Shown here: positions 1 to 9,925 of the stretch, one piece after another | Position numbering within the stretch: the stretch's first letter is position 1 | How the letters are laid out: each line of letters starts with the position of its first letter | NCBI GenBank assembly: GCA_951406725.2 | Contig: OX597832.1 | Coordinates: 32,798,001 to 32,862,000 of the forward strand | DNA: 64,000 nt | Origin: Octopus vulgaris | Taxonomy: Eukaryota | Reading direction: 5' to 3' | Notes under the pieces: generated by a model | What the model saw: the letters and a program-made list of their open reading frames with translations, nothing else | Told to the model about the DNA's origin: nothing | The model's database searches: none | Program-made: the position numbers and the translations under genes

Positions 1-515
1 GTGATCACTGATGTACATATTGTTAGCCACTGAGTAACTTGCTCAAGTGTCAATGAACTGCCAAGAAATATGTGGTACTGAGAAGAATGTTTAGGGTACC
101 CCATCTAATATACCAAGACAAAATCTGTACATTATAAGACTTCTAATCAGTAAAGGTCAGAAGCGAAGATAGCCATTAATTGTTATTATATGCACTGAAT
201 GCAGCTCTATATGACTTGGGTATTGTGTTTTCTTTCGCTGTTAATTTATTTTCTAGACAGTGGTATTGTATAAGTTCTGCACAGAGTTTAACGGTTCTAA
301 TTTTTATATGATATATATATCCGAATGTACTGATATTTTGATTATGTCTCTGAACAATACCGATGGTACATGTTATCAGACAGATTGTTTCTGTCTTTTG
401 GAGCCACATTCGGATTATCTTTATTTCCAGTTGTTTACATTTTGAGATTTTTGATATTGTCATCTGTTGGAGTTGATATATTGACTAAGGGACATTTTAC
501 ACTTGATCGTCCTTA
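1..515 (-). mobile_element. R4/Dong-type non-LTR retrotransposon 3' part (restriction-like endonuclease remnant plus 3' UTR)
   Basis: ORF 176..463(-) ISKCKQLEIKIIRMWLQKTETICLITCTIGIV resembles the RLE tail KISKYKDLEIEI.RMW..KT..IPIIIGALG. Reverse complement of 1-170 aligns by eye with 27355-27540. Abuts (TTA)n at 513. Confidence 0.7.
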
Positions 516-529
516 TTATTATTACTATG

Positions 530-880
530 TCTTTTTCCCCTTATTTCTTCAAATTTTCTTCCATTTCTCGCCGCGTGTTTTCCGTACACCTAGGGCAGAG
601 AAGCTCATTGTATGCATTCCCAGATTGCACGCGCAAATTCACAGGTAAAATATGTATTTAAAAAATTATTAAACAAATAAATTCATGAATGAATATTTTT
701 TCCCCAGCGATAATGTTCTTCTCAGTACATGAGTCGTTGCTGTTAACACTAATTTTTGCACTTCCTGTAGCGAAGGTAATCCTGGTATCATTTTCGAATA
801 GGTTTCAGTTCCTTTTTATCATTGCTAGAGATCCTACAATCACTGGGAGTGTAGTCGCCTTGAGATGCCACATTTTAAAA
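530..880 (-). mobile_element. R4/Dong-type LINE 3' end (second subfamily)
   Basis: Minus strand reads roughly MWHLKATTLPVIVGSLAMIK..TETYSKMIPGLPSLQEVQKLVLTATTHVLRRTLS, a typical RLE C-terminus. Bounded by (TTA)n on both sides. Confidence 0.7.
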
Positions 881-924
<44 letters not shown>

Positions 925-1017
925 GCAGCAGCAGCAGTGGTAGTAGTAGTAGAAGTAGTAATAGTCGTAATAGTAGTAGCAGCAGTAGTAACAGCAACAA
1001 CAGCAGAATTTTTCTAC

Positions 1018-1048
<31 letters not shown>

Positions 1049-1089
1049 AACTAGTAGTAGTAGTAGTAGTATTTGTTATTATTGCTGTC

Positions 1090-1645
1090 TTTTAAACGAG
1101 TTGGTTCCATTTTTCCTCTTTCACCCCGAGACTCCGAGTAACAGCAAGCTGGACGTTTTAATATGTGTAGTGCATCCTATTGCATGGAAGCAGCTTATGG
1201 ATTTTCTTGTCAATCTTCCTTATTTCGATTATATTCCAGTCCAACACATTGGAACTCTAAATAACAACAGAAACTGTTAAGAAATGTATGGCTAACCACC
1301 TTGTTACTTGCATTTAACTCATATTTCAGGACTTACCGAACTTTCCTGTCACATTTCTTCCTCTGCTTTTCTTTCATGCTTGCATGCAGAATGATGTAGC
1401 TTTCATTTATTCCAAGGTATCTGAAAGTTTGTTCCTGCTCAAGTTCTTTTATGACTGTGTCAACATCTAACACCACTGAATTTGAGATCTTCATCAGTTT
1501 CCCTTTCTAGAAAGAGGCCTTGTCATATTTACTAAGACCAAACTCCATCCCAATGTCACCACCGAATGCTTTTACAATATTTAATACTCCTTCAAGCTCA
1601 TTATTGTTTTTGCCATAAAAATTCTTCAACCATCCATAATGAGAT
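1090..1645 (-). mobile_element. R4/Dong-type LINE reverse transcriptase C-terminal/thumb fragment, decayed
   Basis: Minus strand VLKYELNASNK..., LDWNIIEIRKIDKKIHKLLPCNRMH resembles ILKTELNAKNK...W...EIRKIDRKIRKLL...RMHHPK. Contains stops and frameshifts. Confidence 0.65.
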
Positions 1646-1650
1646 ATATG

Positions 1651-1652
<2 letters not shown>

Positions 1653-1681
<29 letters not shown>

Positions 1682-1789
1682 CTTCTTCTTCTTCTTCTTC
1701 TTCTTCTTCTTCTTCTTCTTCTTCTTCTTCTTCTTCTTCTTCTTCTTCTTCTTCTCTTTCTTCTTCTTCTCCTTCTTCTTCGTCTTCTT

Positions 1790-1819
<30 letters not shown>
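1653..1819. repeat. (TTC)n microsatellite
   Basis: Directly visible. Confidence 0.95.
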
Positions 1820-1820
<1 letters not shown>

Positions 1821-1869
1821 ATTAATTAATTAATTAATTTAATTAATTAAATTAATTAATATATTAATT

Positions 1870-2237
1870 TATTAGCACTTTCACTTCTTTGTGTTCTCGT
1901 ATTCTCTTGTCCCGGCTAATTCTGTAAGAGCGGACAAAGATCAGTTGCCAAAGATTTCACCGGGCACCTTTCCACAACCCTTAACACCAAACCACCAGCC
2001 TCTAAGTACTTACTGTCCCTAATAAATCAGTTTTCTGTGCATATGTCTGCCCTCATGCCAATCGAAATTTGTCCTGGTTGTTAATGTTTCCTTGTGTCTC
2101 CATCACGACCACTGGGAAAATACTTCCTTCACTGACCACATTCATACAATCTCATCTTATCGTGGCGTCTTGTATTTCTCAATCTTTTCCATTTCTGTAT
2201 CAGCCATTCGTATGTCTCCAGGTATGGCAATATCAAC
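1870..2237 (-). mobile_element. R4/Dong-type LINE 3' end
   Basis: Minus strand DIAIPGDIRMADTEMEKIEKYK matches RLE motifs. Its 3' UTR resembles 54240-54300(+). Flanked by (AAT)n and TAAT repeats. Confidence 0.7.
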
Positions 2238-2296
2238 AAATAATAATAATAATATTAATAATAATAATAATTTTTCTTCTCCTTTTACTTCCTTTT

Positions 2297-2507
<211 letters not shown>

Positions 2508-2857
2508 AGTAGTAGTAGTAGTATTTGTGCAGTAGACATGGCAGACACCGACCGGCGGTAGAGGTGTGAGATTTGGTGATGCGAGAGATTTTTCTTTAAA
2601 CCAATAAAAAAAAAAAAGAAAAAAAATGTCCTCTCTACTATTTTCGTCGCCGTCTTTTTACTTCATTTTTATTAATTTTGAAATTTCTTGACTATACAAA
2701 CCTAATCAACACTATTGAAAGATGGTATGCTGAGTAGAATCTATCTATTCAAACAAAAAGAATATTTGATCTTAGCTTGGCACACAACACGTCATTTGAT
2801 TAAAATCAATAAGTCGGCCCCACAGTTGTGGTGGCTGTCATATGTACACATACACAT

Positions 2858-2894
<37 letters not shown>

Positions 2895-3022
2895 TACAAG
2901 CATACACATATATATATCATTCATTACTCCTATATATGCATAGAAACAAATATATTCATATACATGTATATCCACATACGTATATACATATATATATCTA
3001 CAGAAAAAAATATATATGTATA

Positions 3023-3093
<71 letters not shown>

Positions 3094-3113
3094 TTATTGA
3101 TAAATATATATAC

Positions 3114-3174
<61 letters not shown>

Positions 3175-3645
3175 CATGCATATATATATATATATGTGTT
3201 TGAGTATGTATATATGTATCTGTGTGTGCATGTATATAGTTCATGTTACGTGTCCAAAAGCTTGTGTCTGATCACGTTTGTAGTTTTATAAAGAGTATAT
3301 TTTTTCAAGCTTTAATATGTTTTCATTTTTAACTTGCTTTTCTTTCCTCCTATCCATTAAATATCATAGGTTCTTATTACCTGATGAAAATATACAACAC
3401 CTCGCCTATATAATGCATCACCAATGGAATACAAAGAGCTTAGATTAGTGATAGGCGAGCTATTGAGAGTGGAATAGTTAATAACACAGACCGCCATACG
3501 GTAAAAAAAAAACAAACTGGAAGATTTTTAGAATTAAACCTTGGTTACAAAACGGACTTTAAATTTCGAAGAGAGTAAGACACCAAGATGATACACCTTG
3601 AGAAGAGAACACAGAAAATATAGTAATTCGTGCCGAGTTAGTGTA

Positions 3646-4080
3646 CCAGGTAGTATCGAAAATTTCCGGACTAGTTCTGAAGTGTACCAACAGATGGCAG
3701 CAGACGGTTACGTGCGCAGTTGGAGCTAGCATTGATCCTCATGAGGCTGTGTACCGAATGATATCGCTGCGTATACTTCGCATGTTGTGAAATCTATGTT
3801 TTTAGGATCACGTGTATAATGTAGTCTACGATTTTTGTCATGGAACGGAAGTTGGAACGAAGAGACAGCTTAGGATTTGCGTTAAACTTGGCAAGTCTGC
3901 TACAGAGACATTGAGCATAATTCGGCAAATTTACGGCGAGGAAGTGACGGGTCGTACGCGATGTTTCGAGTGAGACGGCCAATTCAAAAGCAGAAGAACA
4001 TCTGCCATCATTTCCCCCGATATCCGCGGTATTGTACGTCGAGAATTCTTCACCCGGGTCCAGATCGTCAACCGAGAGTA
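3646..4080 (+). mobile_element. Mariner transposon fossil, internally deleted
   Basis: From ATG 3840: MERKLERR..CVKLGKSATETLSIIRQIYGEEVTGRTRCFE (mariner HTH), then DIRGIVRREF...QIVNREY from the catalytic domain. Preceded by TA. Confidence 0.75.
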
Positions 4081-4097
4081 TATATATATACTATATA

Positions 4098-4668
4098 AGA
4101 TAAATTTTCGGTTCTTCTTGAAAAAACAAACCTTATCAAAGAATATATATATTTAAAACTTAAGTGTAATAAAAGAAAAGTTCATAATTATTTCTTGCTA
4201 CTTTCAACAGAGTCCACGTGGTGGCGTTTTGTGCGTGGGAACATAATGGCTGTCTTGTGTGTTGATTAAGAAGTGGCAGCCGTTGAAGCATGAATCGTTG
4301 ACTGTAGTAGTGAAAGTGATTGTTAGCTGTAATAGCAGTAGTAGTAGTGACCGTGGTGGTAGTGGTGGTTGGTTTTGTAGCAGCAGTTCATTGGCTGTAG
4401 TAGTAGTAGCAGCAGCAGTAGTGGTGGTTGTGGTGGTGGTGGTGGTGGTGGTGGTGATGGTCGTCGTCGTCGTCGTCGTAGTAGTAGTAGTAGTGGAAGT
4501 GGCCGTTGGCCGTAATAGCTGCAGTGAGAACTTTTCTCTATTACACTTATCTTTTAAAAATATATATTTTTGATAAGGTTCTTTTTTTCTAGAAGAACCG
4601 AAACATAAAATAGTGGCGTTTTCAAACTTCTTTCAAACTAAATATATACCCACTTGCGTGCCACCTGT

Positions 4669-4672
<4 letters not shown>
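4098..4672 (+). mobile_element. Penelope-like pLTR remnant with inverted terminal segment, inserted between (TA)n tracts
   Basis: 4106-4183 is a diverged inverted copy of 4528-4603. The right copy carries a hammerhead motif. Both ends abut (TA)n. The PLE assignment is an inference from this architecture. Confidence 0.55.
4565..4612 (+). ncRNA. Putative minimal type I hammerhead ribozyme (U3-A8 core variant)
   Basis: TATTT-TTGATAA-GGTTCTT(loop)AAGAACC-GAAA-CA-T-A-AAATA. Helix I is TATTT/AAATA, helix II is 7 bp, helix III is vestigial, and the predicted cleavage is after A4607. Confidence 0.55.
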
Positions 4673-4699
<27 letters not shown>

Positions 4700-4700
<1 letters not shown>

Positions 4701-4815
4701 CGATAGGCTACTTTCAGTTTCCGTCTACCAAAGCCACTCACAAGACTTCGGTCGGTACCGCTAGACTGAAGCAGATGTCACTTATCTAAGGTGCCAATGC
4801 AGTGGTACTGAACTC
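4700..4815 (-). mobile_element. tRNA-derived SINE family A, 5' fragment
   Basis: ctttcagtttccgtctaccaaa..cactcacaag is the reverse complement of 27000-27040. Confidence 0.75.
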
Positions 4816-4839
4816 AAATATAAGAAGTGAGTGGGAGAG

Positions 4840-4917
<78 letters not shown>

Positions 4918-4918
<1 letters not shown>

Positions 4919-5042
4919 GCTATGTGGTCAGAATTTGCTTCATAAGCTCCGAGTTCAGTCCCACGAGATGGCACCTTGAACAAGTATCTTCTACTTTAGC
5001 TTCGGGCCGACCAAAGTCTTTTGAATGGATTTGCTAGACGGA
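4918..5042 (+). mobile_element. tRNA-derived SINE family A, 5' fragment
   Basis: gagttcagtccca..ggcaccttgaacaagtatcttctac..ggccgaccaaag aligns with 26930-27025. Confidence 0.75.
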
Positions 5043-5067
5043 GGTGAGCAAAAGGTTAGAGGGAGTC

Positions 5068-5225
5068 ATACGCCATTTGGTCTCAACTCTCCCCCCCTCC
5101 TCATCTAACCCCCTCTCCCCCTCCTCACCTATCCTTCCCCCCGACCCCTACTTCTTCAGTCCTTCATCCTTTCACCCCTACTCCCCTTCCCTTCTTCCCT
5201 CTTTCTCCCTCCCTCCTTCCCTCTT
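5068..5225 (+). repeat. Near-identical direct copy of 7355-7512 (Penelope ORF end and 3' UTR start)
   Basis: 158 bp; I see one mismatch. Also visible as the shared peptide VSTLPPSSSNPLSPSSPILPPDPYFF in ORFs 5044 and 7364. Confidence 0.9.
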
Positions 5226-6104
5226 TTTACTGTAATATTTTTAGTTTCGTCTATTGATATACGTCTGTGTTTTAAATTCTGTCACACTGGTTTAAAATCC
5301 TTCAAAAGAAATGGCGGTGACGTCTGCTAATATATCATTTGGAAGACATCTTCTGTAATGAACAAATATAAATCAGTCGAAGAGCAAAAACATATCAAAG
5401 ACGATGATGATTTATATATGTACATATATGTGTGTGAATGCTCTATGTCTGTATGTATATGTGTGTCTGTGTGTGCGCAACACTGTGTGTAGTATGAATG
5501 TACATATATATATATATATGTGTGTGTGTGTTTATTTGTATATATATATATTCATATATATACATATAAATACACACATACACACACACACATATATATA
5601 TGAATTCATACATACATGCGTATATATATATACATATATTTATATATATAAATGAATTAATATAATTATATTTATGGATATATATATATCCATGTACGAA
5701 TACATACACTCAAAAACGCATACACATACGTAACATACAGACGCACACATATTTTTCTCTCACACATACACACACAAACGTACAAACCTAAGTACCCACA
5801 TTCACGTACACACACGCACTCACATATATTATGTCAAAAACAACGAGTTCTGATGAACTCGGCTGCCGATAACAAATCTATCATGATGTCATGGCTGACC
5901 CTCCATTTCACCGATCATAAACAATCGGAAGAATGCTTCGACGGATGCTGCTGTCACCTTTCCTGCGAGTCATAGTAGCTAAATCTTCCTCAATATGTAC
6001 GCTTCTTCTAAAATCGTTTTAGTAAGCAGAATGGGATCGCTTCATATTGCAAAATCTCAGTACTGTTCACGTACACACACATACACACACGTATGTCTGT
6101 ATGT

Positions 6105-6460
6105 ATCTTTTAGCTTTTACTTGTTTCTGGAATGAGATTGCGGCCATGCTGCAATTTAGTCGAACAAATCGGCTTCTACTGATTCTATCAAATTCTTATT
6201 CCGAGCAACTACATTACGTGGATGTAAACTCACCAACCCCGTTTGTCAAGTAGTACTTTGTAACAAACATACGCACAAGGACACACATCTGCTCCCACCC
6301 ATGTATATATTTGTAGTCTTCAGTCTTCTTACAGTTTCTATCTGCTAAATCTACAATTAAGGTCGACCCAAGTCTAAAGTAGAAATCACTTGCCTAAATT
6401 GTCACGCAGTAGGATTGAACTCGGAATCACTTGGTTGCGAATCACATTTCTTACAAGACT
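6105..6460 (-). mobile_element. SINE family A, diverged
   Basis: ttttacttgtttc..gattgcggccatgctg and downstream blocks are the reverse complement of 26882-27294. Confidence 0.7.
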
Positions 6461-6660
6461 CACTCAGGCGAGCGCATGTGCATGCGCGCGCACTTGTGTG
6501 CGTATCTCAAACTAGCTCTTTCTCCTATGAAAAGCAATGGCTTCCACTGTTTACACAAGCCCAGGAATTTGAGGAGATGGTCATGTCTATTACTTCGATA
6601 CCATTTTCAAGTGGTACTTGTTTAAACCAAATAACATATTATATACATCAGTCTCAACGT

Positions 6661-7395
6661 ATGGCTCACCACTTCACCCTACGTGGATACCCCCTCACCA
6701 CTATCCACATCGCCCTTGCCAGAGCACGGTCCGTGGACAGTGTATCTGCTCTCTCTCCCCGAACCCGCCCTGTAGTCTCCCGCCTCCCTTTTCCCCTCAC
6801 TTACCACCCCACGACCCTACGTCTCCAACGCACCATTCTTCGAGCTTTCCGTCATCTCCAGTCCGACCCGTCCACTTCACACCTCTTCCCTAACCGACCC
6901 CTCCCCTCTTTCAAACGAGCCCACAACCTTCGAGACCTTTTGGTCCATAGCTCCTTCCCTGACCCTACCTCCCAACCCGGCTCGTTCCCCTGCTCTCGCT
7001 CACGTTGCCGCACTTGCCCTTACCTCTCCAACACCACCCTCCTCACTAGCACCCACCATCGACCCTATCCCATCATCCACTCCTTCACCTGCACCTCCAG
7101 CAATATTATCTATTGCGTCTCTTGCTCTCTCTGCCATTCCTTGTACATCGGACAAACGGGACGCCGCTTGGCTGACCGGTTCGCGGAACACCTTCGTGAC
7201 ATCCACCTTGCGAACGACACACCGGTCTCACGCCATTTCCGCTCCACCGGTCACTCCTTGCAACACCTATCTGTGTTCGGTTTGTCCTTACACAGAGGCC
7301 ATCCGGATTCCCGTTTGCGCCGTGAACAGGAATTAATCTTCTCTCTTCGCTCTTATACGCCATTTGGTCTCAACTCTCCCACCCTCCTCATCTAA
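6661..7395 (+). CDS. Penelope-like polyprotein C-terminus: RT thumb end, Cys linker, GIY-YIG endonuclease (partial, uninterrupted)
   Basis: LRGYP, PFPLTYHP, FKRAHNLRDLLVHS, CSRSRCRTC, NIIYCVSCSLCHSLYIGQTGRRLADRFAEH, VSRHF, RLRREQELIFSL..PFGLN. Confidence 0.85.
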   Translation: MAHHFTLRGYPLTTIHIALARARSVDSVSALSPRTRPVVSRLPFPLTYHPTTLRLQRTILRAFRHLQSDPSTSHLFPNRPLPSFKRAHNLRDLLVHSSFPDPTSQPGSFPCSRSRCRTCPYLSNTTLLTSTHHRPYPIIHSFTCTSSNIIYCVSCSLCHSLYIGQTGRRLADRFAEHLRDIHLANDTPVSRHFRSTGHSLQHLSVFGLSLHRGHPDSRLRREQELIFSLRSYTPFGLNSPTLLI

Positions 7396-7765
7396 CCCCC
7401 TCTCCCCCTCCTCACCTATCCTTCCCCCCGACCCCTACTTCTTCAGTCCTTCATCCTTTCACCCCTACTCCCCTTCCCTTCTTCCCTCTTTCTCCCTCCC
7501 TCCTTCCCTCTTCTCCTTCCCTCTGCTCCCTCACTCCCCTTCTCTCTTCCCCTCTCCCTCTTTCCTCCTTCCTCCCCCTCCTCTATCCCCCCTCCTCTCT
7601 CCCCATCTCTCCTCTTCCCCTCTCCTCCCCTCCCCTTCTCATCCCCCTCTTCCCCCTCTCCCTCTTCTCCTCACTACACCACACGACTACGCATCACATC
7701 ATATATGATGTGCCATACTAATACATACACCAACTAATAATACTAATACGTACTAATACATACTA

Positions 7766-8031
7766 ATACATACTAATACATACACCAACCCTATACATAC
7801 ACACGTCCAGACCCCTCATACGCACTTATACTCTCTCATACACACACACACACTTATACATACTAATACATACACCAACCCCATACATACGCACGTCCAG
7901 ACCTATCCTACGCACTAATACTCTCTCATACACACACACACACACACACACACCCTTATACATACTAATACATACTAATACATACACCAACCCTATACAT
8001 ACACACGTCCAGACCTCTCCTACGCACTAAT
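7766..8031 (+). repeat. Three imperfect tandem units (~90-120 bp) in the PLE 3' UTR
   Basis: atacatactaatacatacaccaaccc.atacatac.cacgtccagacc...tacgcact.ata repeated three times with variable (CA)n. Confidence 0.85.
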
Positions 8032-8200
8032 AGCTGGTCATTCAACCCTATTATCAACCCTATTATCTCCCCTTATTTCGCTCTCGCGTCTCATGTTTGA
8101 TCTTTGACCTCTGGCCGAAATCAGATCGCCATGTTGATTCGTTAGTTACTGCACGCATTTTCTTCTCTCCTTCTTTCTGTGTTTTTTTTCTCTCTGTGTA

Positions 8201-8238
8201 TCTTTCTGTTGAAGAGCGTAGGCTCGAAATGTTAACGA
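8201..8238 (+). ncRNA. Degenerate minimal hammerhead motif in the PLE pLTR
   Basis: TCTTT-CTGTTGA-A-GAGC(GTAG)GCTC-GAAA-TG-T-T-AACGA. Helix II is perfect, but core A6 is replaced by U and helix I has a mismatch. Confidence 0.5.
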
Positions 8239-8335
8239 CTTGTTTTATTTATATTTCCTGAGCGCCATACTAATACAATTGTTTGTTTGTTTTCCACCTG
8301 CCTTCGTCTTTTGTCTATTTTCATAAAGCTTCCCG

Positions 8336-8428
<93 letters not shown>

Positions 8429-8447
8429 TATATATATATATATATAT

Positions 8448-8518
<71 letters not shown>

Positions 8519-9161
8519 AATAGATAGATAGATATACCTTATTATTAAATCTTCAAAAACATGACAACAATATCACAAAATAGTGCTACTCAGATCACAA
8601 CTGCTGGCGAGCGAGTGGCATCAATTGAAGGCTAAAACGATGCGAAAACCTTTGTGTCCAGCGACTTATAACAACATCCAATTTACTGGTCAATTATGTG
8701 TTTACGTGTCGTGTTTACTTGAACAATACTTACACGCTGGTAAGTGACCACAACAGCGATAGGTTTGAGAGGTTAAGCATAATTCCGCCGCTTATAGATA
8801 ATCCTGTCACAATAACATTTGAAATTCCCCCCGTCCAATTTGCTAGGTGACGATAGGATCACGCATGCGCAGGACCACACACAATCACATACAAATATAA
8901 AACATAAACGCATACATTGAGAATCCACCTCCAGGACTATTGGGGGCCCCGCATTTTTCTTCCACAATCTGCTCTGTTGATTTGATTGTATTGACGAAAT
9001 GTTTGTGCTGTAGGAAGGTGAGACGAAATGCCTTTACTCAAGAATACGGCGCACTACCCTGTTTTGTATTCGAAACAGCGATTTTGCGATCACAAGCGCA
9101 ATACAAGATCAAACTACAAACTGCGCCTCCTCACATATTTACTTATATACATAAGTATACT

Positions 9162-9198
<37 letters not shown>

Positions 9199-9617
9199 TC
9201 ACCAGTATCTTAATTATAGTAAATTGACAAATGTTTTTCGCGTACAAAAGAAAAACTGAAGACATTTTGTTTTTAGTGTTAACAAACCAACTCCATAAAT
9301 ATTTAATTCAGAGTTTTTACGTAAGATCGAGATAGCTTACCAATTGTTTAAATATTTACATCCGCCATTATTTTACTTGACAATCTTATTGATAGTACAC
9401 CTCTACGTTTGAATAATTCCCCTCCCCTTTTTATGTCATTTTCTTCTTTTACTACTTAAGTATATTAAGTATATTTAAGTGTACACTTTGTAAAAACTAT
9501 TAGAGTTCTTTGAAGACAAACTTAACAGTTATTGTATTCACGTGAGATTTTAGAGATTTTAACTGATAACCTTGTCTCCATAATTATTATGGTATTGTCG
9601 TTTAAAATGTTTAATGG

Positions 9618-9925
9618 CGTGAAGGAGCGTGATTTAGTGCTTAGGGTATCTGGCTCTCGGTCGTGAGATGGTGAGCTTGATCCAAGGCAGCGCGTTGCCT
9701 CTTTCATTTTATTTCACGTGGCTCCAGTTCATTCAGTTTGCAAAAAGTAGTTGTAACTGGATTTCAAAAGACCAGCCTTGACACATGCTGGTTTTTCTCG
9801 CTGAATCTCCATGAGAACTCCTTTAAGTGTAGGCATGTCTGTGGAATGCTCAGCCATTTCTACCTCAATACCACGAAGATGATGTTCCATTCATCGGATC
9901 AACTGGAACATTCGACAGAGTGACA
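9618..9925 (+). mobile_element. tRNA-derived SINE (family C/D), diverged
   Basis: A/B-box-like head. The 3' part (ctgtggaatgctcagcca..gttccattcatcggatcaactggaac) matches the reverse complement of 35845-35940. Confidence 0.7.

Larger units (their letters stand above)
6649..8336 (+). mobile_element. Penelope-like retroelement (probably Neptune clade), 5'-truncated, with 3' UTR/pLTR ending at (TA)n
   Basis: GIY-YIG ORF, pyrimidine-rich UTR, internal tandem repeats and a hammerhead-like motif at 8201-8238. The 3' junction runs into (TA)n. Confidence 0.85.

Noticed and set aside
5844-5880. CTGATGA followed by a TCGG/CCGA stem (hammerhead candidate)
   Set aside because: No GAAA or NUH in register; it is just a 7-bp hairpin cgagttc/gaactcg.
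6415-6648. N-terminal extension of the 326-aa ORF
   Set aside because: Overlaps an antisense SINE and unrelated flank; Penelope similarity starts only near 6649.
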